Below, in pieces: positions 54,422 to 63,387 of a DNA stretch of 64,000 nucleotides. The position numbers and the translations under genes are program-made. The stretch lies in NCBI GenBank assembly GCA_027487215.1, contig JAIYDZ010000006.1:275892-339891 (forward strand). The letters run 5' to 3'. The notes below the pieces were generated by a model. That model made no database searches. It saw only the letters and a program-made list of their open reading frames with translations, and had not been told where the DNA came from. This DNA comes from Pseudomonadota bacterium (GTDB taxonomy: Bacteria > Babelota > Babeliae > Babelales > CAIQNR01). Each line of letters starts with the position of its first letter. Position 1 is the stretch's first letter.

Positions 54422-54660
54422 TACTCTCTCCTTCTATGGCTGGTTGATCGTGCAACCTAAAATTTTTACCTAGTTTAAGATTCTAGTAACATAAATAAGA
54501 TAAAATCAACCGTTTTGATTTTACTATTTACTAAAAAACTCTCTTTTCTCTCTTGAGGTTTTTGCGTTTTTTCAAAAGTCGTTGGTATGGTAGTTGCATG
54601 AAAGTAATGTAACTGCTGTTACCTAGGTAACTCTTTTAAAAAGAGAGAGTCGTAGTAATT

Positions 54661-54930
54661 ATGAAACGAAAAACCTTTATAGTATTGTTTCTCACCACCC
54701 AAATTCTTTTTATTACTCTTTATATTGATAAACAAAGTAGAATTGTAAAACTGTCTTACAAACAACAGCGACTTGAAACAGAAAAAACTCGACTTTCAAA
54801 ACGCAAACAGGAACTTACTAACACACTCTATGCCTACAAAAATCCTGCGGAGGTTAAAGAATTTGCAACTCAGTCACTCAGCATGGAACCACTTACCCTT
54901 ACACAAGTAAAAAGGATCTCTTATTCATGA
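54661..54930 (+). CDS. ftsL: Cell-division protein FtsL-like
   Basis: 89 aa with one N-terminal TM span, then a heptad-like region (QQRLETEKTRLSKRKQELTNTL). ATGA overlap with ftsI. Confidence 0.6.
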   Translation: MKRKTFIVLFLTTQILFITLYIDKQSRIVKLSYKQQRLETEKTRLSKRKQELTNTLYAYKNPAEVKEFATQSLSMEPLTLTQVKRISYS

Positions 54931-56618
54931 ACAGTTCATCTCACAAACTTAGAACTGCTCTGGTGTTTCTTCTCTTTTTTGTCTGCTTTAGTGGCGCTGT
55001 TGTTAATCTGTTTATTTTACAAATAACCAAACATGATTTTTTTGTTGACCTGGGAAATAAACAGTATAACGTAATGGTAACAACACCCGCTCCACGCGCA
55101 GTTATCCTTGATAGAAATGGACATCCACTGGCGCTTAATCATGACAGTATTGCTGCATTTATATTGCCTAAAACCCTCAAAGATCCAGTCGGGTTAAAAA
55201 AATTTTTACAAAAACATTTTCCAAGCGCAGTTGCTCGTCTTAAAAAAAATACTGCCAACCATTTTGTGTACATCAAACGAAAACTAACAAACGAAGAACA
55301 AAAACTTATTACTGACAGCGGCCTTGAAGATATTCATCTTCTTGCTGAACCCAGTCGGTTTTATCCAAGTCCCGCAACAGCAACGATAACTGGTATTACT
55401 AATATAGATAACCAAGGACTCTTTGGCATTGAGCTTCAGTACAATCAAAGACTTTCAGGAACCCCAACCACCAGCATGCTTGAACGCGATGCGCGATCAG
55501 GACATTTTCATTTTTCACACAAAACAATGAAACAAGGTGATGAAGGAAAACCGGTTCGCCTCACCATTGACGGGACCTTACAATTTTTTGTCCAAGAAGA
55601 ACTTTCAGCTCAAGCAGCAAAATTCAAAACTCCTGACGGCGCTGCAATCATTATCGATCCTACCACTGGTGATATTCTTGCAATGGCTACCATTCCTACT
55701 TTTAATCCTCTAGACACACGCGATATTGATTTGGCCACCACTAAAAACAGTGCTGTCACTGAAAGTTATGAATTTGGTTCTGCTATCAAATCATTTGCAG
55801 CTCTTGCAGCACTTGAAGAGGGAGTGGTGACTCCTGACGAAATGATTGATTGTGAAGGGACAAAAACAACCATCGTTGAAGGTCGTCGTATTAATACGGT
55901 CGAAGCACAAGGAATTGTTCCCTTTGCAGACGTTATTGCCCGCTCTAATAATATTGGAATTGCAAAGGTTGCCAAACGAATGGGCCCTGCATTATATAAA
56001 CATTATAAAAAACTGGGATTTGGTACCAAAACGGGAATTGCTTTCCCTGGAGAACAGGCAGGCTTTGTAAACCCTCCTGAACGTTGGTCAAAACAATCCA
56101 TTATTTCATTATCATACGGGTACGAACTACGCACTACCTTGTTGCGACTTACCACGGCGTTTGGAGTATTTGCTACCAATGGTCACTTGATTACCCCTCG
56201 CCTTGTACTTGAACCGGAAGAATATACTAAACCACCAGAAAAAATATTTTCTGATCAAAGCATTGCCCAAATGCGCGCTATTCTTGAAAGAACAACTTCA
56301 AGCGCAGGAAGTGCCCGACGAGCATCAACAAAAGGATACATCACGCTGGGTAAAACAAGTACGGCAAACCTACTGATTAATGGACAATACGATCAGACAA
56401 AAAACCTTTATGGATTTGTCGGAATCATAGAAAAAGGTCATTATAAGAGACTTATAGGACTCTTTTTAAAAGAATCACCCTATCACGATTTGTATGCAGC
56501 AACTGTGGCTGCGCCGTTGTTTAAAAAAATTGCAGAAAAAATGCTTATTCATGACCATGTGTTAACAGGAGAAGACGATGCTGATTCCAGCAACAGTACC
56601 GCCCCACAAGCGAGATGA
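54927..56618 (+). CDS. ftsI: Penicillin-binding protein (class B transpeptidase, FtsI/PBP3-like)
   Basis: N-terminal TM span. Motifs SAIK (SxxK), SNN (SxN) and KTS in GKTSTA (a KTG variant). 563 aa. Confidence 0.85.
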   Translation: MNSSSHKLRTALVFLLFFVCFSGAVVNLFILQITKHDFFVDLGNKQYNVMVTTPAPRAVILDRNGHPLALNHDSIAAFILPKTLKDPVGLKKFLQKHFPSAVARLKKNTANHFVYIKRKLTNEEQKLITDSGLEDIHLLAEPSRFYPSPATATITGITNIDNQGLFGIELQYNQRLSGTPTTSMLERDARSGHFHFSHKTMKQGDEGKPVRLTIDGTLQFFVQEELSAQAAKFKTPDGAAIIIDPTTGDILAMATIPTFNPLDTRDIDLATTKNSAVTESYEFGSAIKSFAALAALEEGVVTPDEMIDCEGTKTTIVEGRRINTVEAQGIVPFADVIARSNNIGIAKVAKRMGPALYKHYKKLGFGTKTGIAFPGEQAGFVNPPERWSKQSIISLSYGYELRTTLLRLTTAFGVFATNGHLITPRLVLEPEEYTKPPEKIFSDQSIAQMRAILERTTSSAGSARRASTKGYITLGKTSTANLLINGQYDQTKNLYGFVGIIEKGHYKRLIGLFLKESPYHDLYAATVAAPLFKKIAEKMLIHDHVLTGEDDADSSNSTAPQAR

Positions 56619-57441
56619 GTTTCACAATAATTATGCAACACTGACCAAAGACACCTCGAAATTATTACTTTTTGTTGCTGATCAAAAAATGCAAAGTCTT
56701 AACGAAGAATTTTTTGGTCCTGATTTACCAGCAGGAATTAGCGATCCTGAACACATTTTTAAAATTGCCTCACAAAGTAACGTCGGCGGACTTTCTGTCC
56801 ATCTTGGACTCATGAGCCGTTATGGCCAGCAGTATTCAAACATTAACTTTGTCCCTAAACTTGATGGGAAAACAAACTTAACTCCCACCGATCCTTATAG
56901 TCAGCAAATCTGGTCGGTGGCTGATGCAGTTGATGTTGCACGCAATGGCAACATGAAACTTTGTGGTGTTGGTTACACCGTGTATGTTGGTAGTGAATAT
57001 GAACGAGAAATGCTCACTGAAGCTGCAACCACTATTAAAGAAGCGCATGCACACGGACTGGTTACTATTTTATGGATGTATCCACGCGGACACAAAGTAA
57101 AAAACCCTTATGATCCTAATATTATTGCCGGAGTTGCCGGCCTAGGCGCAACATTGGGTGCAGACTTTGTTAAAATTACTGAACCTGACACAGGACCCCA
57201 TGATTTAATATACGCAGTCCAAGCGGCAGGAAACACAAAAGTGCTTGTTGCTGGTGGTCCTGCGCGCAGCCCAGAACAGATGATTAAACGAGTAGAAGCT
57301 CAACTTTCTTATGGAACTGCTGGAGCTGTCATTGGAAGAAATATTTTCCAGCATCCACTTAAAGAAGCAATCACTATTGCAAACAACCTAGCAGAAACTA
57401 TTTATCAACATCTTGATGAAGATAACTTCGTGGGATTGTAA
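56578..57441 (+). CDS. Class I fructose-bisphosphate aldolase (DhnA/FbaB, DeoC/LacD-type)
   Basis: GADFVKI Schiff-base lysine context and a C-terminal GAVIGRNIFQ phosphate-binding block. Overlaps the ftsI end by 41 nt. Confidence 0.6.
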   Translation: MLIPATVPPHKRDEFHNNYATLTKDTSKLLLFVADQKMQSLNEEFFGPDLPAGISDPEHIFKIASQSNVGGLSVHLGLMSRYGQQYSNINFVPKLDGKTNLTPTDPYSQQIWSVADAVDVARNGNMKLCGVGYTVYVGSEYEREMLTEAATTIKEAHAHGLVTILWMYPRGHKVKNPYDPNIIAGVAGLGATLGADFVKITEPDTGPHDLIYAVQAAGNTKVLVAGGPARSPEQMIKRVEAQLSYGTAGAVIGRNIFQHPLKEAITIANNLAETIYQHLDEDNFVGL

Positions 57442-57471
57442 TTCAGTTTTTCTTTCATAAAAATTTTAAAA

Positions 57472-57895
57472 GTCGCTTCCCGCGCAGGGCAAGAGGGAGT
57501 TCTGGTCAACCCCCTCTTAACTCCCGGACCTTTTAATACACGCGACCCGTTTTCGCTTTCAGCTTCCTCGGGCTAACGCAATTTAACGCCGAAAGTCCGA
57601 CGAAGTTTTAACGTAGACGGATGCATTTCGCCCTTATGTGGACTTTTTGTACACGGTCCGTTTTTACCAATTGAAGTGAGTTTGGCTTGTGTCCCTAGCC
57701 CCTGATTGACCTGTCGACTTCTTCATAGTAAGTAATTTAGTAAAATACCTTATTAGCTTAACTTGACGTTGACAAAACCGCGCTGCGGTTCTTCATGTCA
57801 ATTTAAGCGTGTATTAAAAAAAGCCCAGAGTCCAGAGAGGTTGGCCAAAACCTCTTTGGTGCTGCCTGCAAAAGGCCCTACCAATAGGAAGCGTT
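57472..57895. ncRNA. Unclassified structured-RNA candidate (GC-rich, ORF-free island); strand not resolved
   Basis: No ORF of 60 aa or more in any frame, and markedly higher G+C than the flanks. The ends pair: CGCTTCC (57474-80) with GGAAGCG (57887-93). A 13-bp long-range helix joins 57531-43 to 57807-19. Pseudoknot-capable segment at 57491-57525. Nested hairpins at 57756-57808 and 57832-57859. Contains GAAAGTCC at 57591-98. Confidence 0.55.
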
Positions 57896-57954
57896 AAAAG
57901 AACGGAATAACAATACCTTCAATCTGGTACTACAAAATAAAATTTATTAATTTA

Positions 57955-58599
57955 CTAAACTACTTGCGACTCTTTGTGTGGGAGTCTGACACACACAGAC
58001 ATCGATGACTCTGCCTGAGCAACTGATACTCTTACCACCTCATCAGTAAGTCGTGCAAACAGTGCCTTTACTTCTTTTAAAACTTCTTGGCCGTCGTCTG
58101 ATGCGATGGCCATCTGATTTTGATGCATGTTTTCAATCATAGAATTTTTATGTACCTCAGTTACACAACAGACAACTCGTTGTATTTCATACTTTTTAAG
58201 TAACGCAGTCACTCCCTTAAACAAAGGAGTCTCTACAATAATAATCTGAGAGCTATCCTCATGAAAGGCACGCTGGGTTAACAAACTTTGCCACAAGTGT
58301 TTTGAATGGGGAGTATCATAATTTCCTAACTGCTCATCAGCTATCATAATAAATCGACTCTGACTCATTACACTTTTATCAGAACTCATAAATAATTTTT
58401 TATTAAGTACAGATGTTAACATTACTTGTGCATACGGTTCCTGATAAGGCATAACACCACTCTTAATCTTACAAAAACTTTCTGCATCAGATAGCTCACT
58501 GTAGACTACGACTGAAAGTCCTGCTTGTACAAATGACAACCCCCAACAAATTCCTTTGTCAGTTGTACCACCGATAATACACAGATCATACTCAAACAT
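57955..58599 (-). CDS. Truncated, degenerate UDP-glucose/GDP-mannose dehydrogenase-like N-terminal domain
   Basis: YDLCIIGGTTDKGICWGLSFVQAGLSVVVY...GVMPYQEPY...IIIVETPLFKGVT follows the UGDH N-domain pattern, but GxGxxG is broken. The protein stops at 214 aa, so there is no catalytic-Cys domain. Confidence 0.4.
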   Translation of the reverse strand: MFEYDLCIIGGTTDKGICWGLSFVQAGLSVVVYSELSDAESFCKIKSGVMPYQEPYAQVMLTSVLNKKLFMSSDKSVMSQSRFIMIADEQLGNYDTPHSKHLWQSLLTQRAFHEDSSQIIIVETPLFKGVTALLKKYEIQRVVCCVTEVHKNSMIENMHQNQMAIASDDGQEVLKEVKALFARLTDEVVRVSVAQAESSMSVCVRLPHKESQVV

Positions 58600-58744
58600 T
58601 AATCACTCCTTTATCTGGCTTTGCATCACCTTACCATACTCAGGCTGCAAGAGAAAAAGATCTTAAATATTCTTTAACCTCTTGTGTTTGGTGCCAGGAC
58701 ATTTTAAGATCTAAGGATGCAATTTTGAAAAAAGGAATACCCGA

Positions 58745-60166
58745 ATGAAAAGAAGTAGTAGCATAATTTTTGCACTTTGTGTTTCTGCAACAGTGTACGC
58801 AGAAATCCAAATTGAAAGCACAAGTCAAACCTATTTGTTTATTGCACCGATCTTTACCACATTGCCTGCGCGTATAAATTCATGGCAAGATTCGTGGTTT
58901 GATCTTGGTAAAAATACTGCTTTTCAAGTTAATACTCAGTATCGACGTTCACATGATTCTAGCAAAATGAAACGTCATTTTCTTATGGCAAACCGTGATG
59001 CGCTTACCATTCGTGGAAGCGCCAACACTTCAACCTCACCTGTCACTGATGTTCGTGCTGATTGGCTAGGTCTTCCTACCACTTTTCAAGGAACGTTCAC
59101 TGTTAAACCTGAGCATGAACAGTTTTGTATGTCAGTCTCTGCACGACAATCATTTACTATTAAAGATGTCAGTTTTCTTGAACGCATGTGGGGGTTTGTT
59201 GAACTTCCTTTAGTCTGGACGCGTAACGACTTAAACTTTGCTCAGGAAGCAGTTACTAATGCTGGAGCAACAACAGCAACCGTCTATGACATAGAAACTG
59301 CATTTAATAATCCGGCATGGAATTATCAAAAAATTAAAACAACTCGCGACAGCAAAATCAATCTTGGTGAAGTGCGTATTGGATTTGGAAAAACATTTAT
59401 TTCAGACGGTCGCGCACATCTCATATCTTATTCAGCGATTTCAATTCCTACCACCAAAAAACAAAACAATGAATATATTTTCTCTCCTCACGTAGGTCTC
59501 AATGGACATTTTGCAATGATTACAGGCGTAAGCATTCAACTGCCCATCACCAGAAAAGCTGATACAAATACCACCAGTCTTTATTTAGATTTTGAAAATA
59601 CTTACATGATTCGTAACTCTCAGTACCGCACCTTTGATTTAAAAGATAAAGAATGGAGCCGCTTTCTGTTGTTCCGTGAAAAAGATCAAGTCACCAACAC
59701 CACCGTTCCTGGCGTAAACGTTCTAACACAAAAAGCGCGCATTTCTCCTTACTCGCTTGTTAACGTTGCTGCAGGGCTTCGCTTTTATGTAGGAGCAGGT
59801 GAAGGTGAAATTGGATTTGGGGTTCATGGCCATAATCAAGAACGCATTCGACTCAATAATACTTGGCAAGAAATTTATGGTATTGCAGGATCAACAACCA
59901 ACACTTCAGCCAGCGCAAGCACCATCAAAACACTCGGCGCCGATGACGCAGCATTCACTCCGGTAAAAGAAACAGATATCGATCTGAACTCAGCTGCATC
60001 GCCAGCAACACTTGTCTATCGCGGACATGTGGCATTTGGCATGCACGGGCGTGATGAAAGCGCAAACGCACTCTCGAGTATTGGGATGTTTATAGAGATT
60101 CCAAGCAACAAAACAAAAGCGTTCAGCCAATGGGGACTGTGGGCTAAACTGGGAGCAGCTTTTTAA
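58745..60166 (+). CDS. Outer-membrane beta-barrel protein (porin-like)
   Basis: Signal peptide MKRSSSIIFALCVSATVYA, alternating-polarity strands, and a C-terminal aromatic residue (LWAKLGAAF) typical of the OMP beta-signal. Confidence 0.6.
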   Translation: MKRSSSIIFALCVSATVYAEIQIESTSQTYLFIAPIFTTLPARINSWQDSWFDLGKNTAFQVNTQYRRSHDSSKMKRHFLMANRDALTIRGSANTSTSPVTDVRADWLGLPTTFQGTFTVKPEHEQFCMSVSARQSFTIKDVSFLERMWGFVELPLVWTRNDLNFAQEAVTNAGATTATVYDIETAFNNPAWNYQKIKTTRDSKINLGEVRIGFGKTFISDGRAHLISYSAISIPTTKKQNNEYIFSPHVGLNGHFAMITGVSIQLPITRKADTNTTSLYLDFENTYMIRNSQYRTFDLKDKEWSRFLLFREKDQVTNTTVPGVNVLTQKARISPYSLVNVAAGLRFYVGAGEGEIGFGVHGHNQERIRLNNTWQEIYGIAGSTTNTSASASTIKTLGADDAAFTPVKETDIDLNSAASPATLVYRGHVAFGMHGRDESANALSSIGMFIEIPSNKTKAFSQWGLWAKLGAAF

Positions 60167-60345
60167 GTAAAGCTGTTTTAACATTTTTCATTTAAGTTTC
60201 CCTTTGCGTCACCGTGACAAGGCAGTCTTTAGACCAGGCGCCCCTTTTAACAGCATTGGACTGATGCTAGCTTTTTAAGCTCCGTAAGCCCAAAAATCCT
60301 GAGTTGTTGTAAAAAATTGTTTAAGCTTATGGTCATCAATAACCA

Positions 60346-62346
60346 TTGGTCACCATTGACAAAAAGAAGCTATCTTCTAAAATTTTTACTAAAGAATATC
60401 TAATTAAAATCGAGGTTTTATTGAGTTATAAGTCTAAAAGTTCAGCAAATTGTATAGATTTTTATAAAAAATCAGTCGCTTTTATCTCTCACCAATCTAC
60501 TATCAAAATACGTTCAATAGTCACCGGCATAACAGAAAACATACTACATCATCAGGACCAAAAATTTCTCTGCACTAAATTCTCTCCTGACGGAACTTAT
60601 GTAGCGGCAGGATCTGAATGTGGCACTCTCACAGTCTGGAAAAGAGAAACTGGACACCATATAATCAGCCTTAAAGGTCATACAGCGGGTGCAACGGATA
60701 TTAAAATAAGCGCTGATGGTTTACTTCTAGCGTCTACCGCACAGTGGGATAAATCCATAAAAATTTGGAATATTCAAACTGGCCATTGCATTGCTACTTT
60801 TAAGGACTCGTTTCTTATTCAATCAATTGAATTTACAAACAATGACACCTGTATTATTTCTCGGTCAGTCAACGACGTATACAAAACATGGAATATCTCA
60901 ACAGGCGCATTAATAAATATTCTACCCAAAAAATATAAAGATTTGACTCGACGTTTTTATTGCTTAAGTCCAGACAAAAATTTGGTATTGTTTTCTTCTA
61001 GAAAAAACCAATACCGTACTTTCACCGTTTGGGATGTTTTTCAAAACAAAGCAGTTGCTCAACTTGAAAGTCCCTCTCATGGTACTTTTAGTTTTAGCGC
61101 TAATAATCAATACATTATTGGCAAATTCGTAAACGAAATTTCCTTATGGGACACAACCACAGGAAAATTACTCCATACCACAATATCATCAGTTACTACT
61201 CTTTCCTTCGTGTTATTTACAGATAATCATACTATCTTAGAAGTGTCGGACACCGCGATTGTGGTGCGCGATCAATCGCTCCAGACAATAAATTCTTTTG
61301 CTACTCAACGTCAAAGTATGGCAACAGTGGTATACGCGTACATTTTTAATAATGTTGTGGCTTATCTGACTAAACAAAATTGTCTGACTGTTGTAGATAT
61401 CAACACACAAAAAATAATATTTAAAGAAGAAATAGATTACTCGCTAATCCCGTTTGCTCTTTCAAGTAAAAGTGAGATGATCGCCGTTATTAAATATGAC
61501 AACAGTATTTACCTTCACAAAAAGAATGAAGTTAAACCCCTTTTTATGCTCAAAGGCCACACACAAGGAGTAACATCTGTTATCTTTAATAAAAAAGATA
61601 CCCTCCTTCTTTCAACATCTCATGACGCGACTCTTAAATTATGGAATACCTCTACTGGTAAGTGCTTAATGACATTTGAAGGACACACGCAACGCGTGAA
61701 TCACGCACTCTTTACCTCTGATGATAAAATTATTTCCTGCTCAAATGACAACTCCATAAAACTATGGGACGTTGAAACCGGAGAATGTATTGAAACTCTA
61801 CAGGGTCATACTGATTGGGTACGATCGGTATCGGTAAGTTCTGATGGCAAAACTCTTTTATCTGCCTCCTATGACACTACTCTTAAATTATGGGACATCA
61901 AAACCGGACACCTACTTACTACCATTTCTACCACTCAACGAGTAATTCGTGCGCAATTTCATCCTTATAAACAAGAGTTTCTCTCTCTTGGTGAAGATAA
62001 GATAACTACTCTTTGGGACGCACAAACTGGTCAGAAAAAAATAAGTATGGTGCATCCTGATTTTTATTTTCCTGAAAGCAGTGAGAACCTGATTGGATAT
62101 GCATTTTCTACCTACAGTCCTGATGGCAAGTATATTATGACCTTCTTTGACGAGCAGTATAAATATGGAACATGGGGCGCTGCTCTGATTATACGCGATA
62201 GTAACAGCGGCAAAAAAATAAAAACTATGGGGGATCGGTCAGATAACGATCAAATTCCTTGTTTTAATAATAAAAGCTCACTTATTATTCATATTCTTAA
62301 GCACACCTATAAGAACAAACTACAGATCAGAAAATGGAATATATAA
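60346..62346 (+). CDS. WD40-repeat protein (666 aa)
   Basis: Canonical units, e.g. LKGHTAGATDIKISADGLLLASTAQWDKSIKIWNIQTG, LKGHTQGVTSVIFNKKDTLLLSTSHDATLKLWNTSTG and LQGHTDWVRSVSVSSDGKTLLSASYDTTLKLWDIKTG. TTG start, uncertain. Confidence 0.85.
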   Translation: MVTIDKKKLSSKIFTKEYLIKIEVLLSYKSKSSANCIDFYKKSVAFISHQSTIKIRSIVTGITENILHHQDQKFLCTKFSPDGTYVAAGSECGTLTVWKRETGHHIISLKGHTAGATDIKISADGLLLASTAQWDKSIKIWNIQTGHCIATFKDSFLIQSIEFTNNDTCIISRSVNDVYKTWNISTGALINILPKKYKDLTRRFYCLSPDKNLVLFSSRKNQYRTFTVWDVFQNKAVAQLESPSHGTFSFSANNQYIIGKFVNEISLWDTTTGKLLHTTISSVTTLSFVLFTDNHTILEVSDTAIVVRDQSLQTINSFATQRQSMATVVYAYIFNNVVAYLTKQNCLTVVDINTQKIIFKEEIDYSLIPFALSSKSEMIAVIKYDNSIYLHKKNEVKPLFMLKGHTQGVTSVIFNKKDTLLLSTSHDATLKLWNTSTGKCLMTFEGHTQRVNHALFTSDDKIISCSNDNSIKLWDVETGECIETLQGHTDWVRSVSVSSDGKTLLSASYDTTLKLWDIKTGHLLTTISTTQRVIRAQFHPYKQEFLSLGEDKITTLWDAQTGQKKISMVHPDFYFPESSENLIGYAFSTYSPDGKYIMTFFDEQYKYGTWGAALIIRDSNSGKKIKTMGDRSDNDQIPCFNNKSSLIIHILKHTYKNKLQIRKWNI

Positions 62347-62633
62347 CTTTATAACCCGAAGGTTATATACCAAACTATTTCTAAACTAAAAATCAATTTC
62401 AGGTTTGTATTGGGCATTGAGTCTACCATTACAGCGAGTATTAATTTCAAGATGCTCTAACTAGTAAGTAATACCGAATAACTGTGCCACTGATGATGGT
62501 ATAAAATAGAAATTTTAGATAATAGAAAAACTTTCAAATATAAGAGTTCAAGCTTATTTCCTGCTTGTGTTGCACTAAAAAACCTTTATACTAACGCTGA
62601 TTTATACAATTATATCTACAAAAGGGGCACACA

Positions 62634-63077
62634 ATGAAACGCACCGCATTATTTTCATTAGTATTACTTACAACTTTTGCAGCACGCGCAGAAGAAAACA
62701 TCATTCAAGAAGCATTTGATACTGTGGTTGAAAAAATCTCTGATGCAGTTGATAATGTTACACGAGCAGTTGAAGATGCAACAGAAGCTCCTTCTTATGG
62801 AATTTGTTTAGATGAAAACGTAGAAGCTTTTGCAAAAACTCTTCCAGGAAAAGTGTACATCAAATTCATACCAACACACACCCGTGTACTTGCAGAAACA
62901 TTTGAGTTTGAGCACGTGGTAGAATTTGGATATGACGCATGCGTAACTAACGATGCTGACTTTATTGCACAAGCACACGCTCGTGGATTTAATGTTATTG
63001 ATACAAACAATAATGATGCATCTCTTATTGTATTCAATACTGACAAACATGATGAAATCATCAACTTTGTTGGCTAA
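62634..63077 (+). CDS. Hypothetical secreted protein
   Basis: Signal peptide MKRTALFSLVLLTTFAARA. AAAAGGGG precedes the ATG. No domain recognised. Confidence 0.5.
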   Translation: MKRTALFSLVLLTTFAARAEENIIQEAFDTVVEKISDAVDNVTRAVEDATEAPSYGICLDENVEAFAKTLPGKVYIKFIPTHTRVLAETFEFEHVVEFGYDACVTNDADFIAQAHARGFNVIDTNNNDASLIVFNTDKHDEIINFVG

Positions 63078-63106
63078 TTAAATTCTGCTTTCTTTAGAAT
63101 ATTAAA

Positions 63107-63138
63107 GCCCGGATTTGCGTCCGGGCTTGTTTGTTTTT
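63107..63138 (+). terminator. Rho-independent terminator
   Basis: GCCCGGA, loop TTTGCG, TCCGGGC, then TTGTTTGTTTTT. Confidence 0.7.
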
Positions 63139-63293
63139 GGGGAATTTTTTAAACACTTATCCAAAACGTGATTTCAGTCAGTTTCTAAATCCTAAAATCT
63201 GAAACCTCCCCTATTTCTTTTATACTCAGCCCGTCCATATTTATTAAAAAACCACTTCAAAATTACTCAAATAGCCTTGGCTAAAGCCTTTTA

Positions 63294-63323
63294 TTGCTTT
63301 TTTTCAACCTGATCAGTTATTCT
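63294..63323 (+). promoter_or_regulatory. Putative sigma70 promoter
   Basis: TTGCTT (63294-99), 18-nt spacer, TATTCT (63318-23), then TAAATAAATGGAAAC. Confidence 0.4.
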
Positions 63324-63387
63324 TAAATAAATGGAAACGACTGCCCTCAAAGTGGGCACTTTAAAAAGTATTTAAAAGGAGGTTGTT

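Noticed and set aside
57472-57895. Calling the GC-rich island tmRNA (ssrA)
   Set aside because: The size, pseudoknot potential and paired ends are compatible. However, neither strand has a GGGG...UUCGA-type 5' end, a T-arm (GGUUCRAnUCC-like), an encoded CCA end, or a plausible Ala-initiated tag ORF ending in a hydrophobic ...AA-type tail. The best candidate reads EEPQRGFVNVKLS**.
57472-57895. Calling the island canonical bacterial RNase P RNA (rnpB)
   Set aside because: GAAAGUCC and a P4-like pairing with a bulged U exist, but the partner strand is only ~80 nt away. The helix order at the 3' side does not fit P2/P4/P1. I could not find the GGUAAGAGC, GCAAG..AAUAGG or ACAGAA.CCGGCUUA conserved regions. 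I left it as unclassified rather than naming it, because a very divergent RNase P is still possible.
60167-60345. Moderately GC-rich intergenic stretch with the small palindrome GTCACCGTGAC
   Set aside because: It is short, and I could find no long-range complementarity or conserved RNA motif. It is probably just the promoter or leader region of the WD40 gene.
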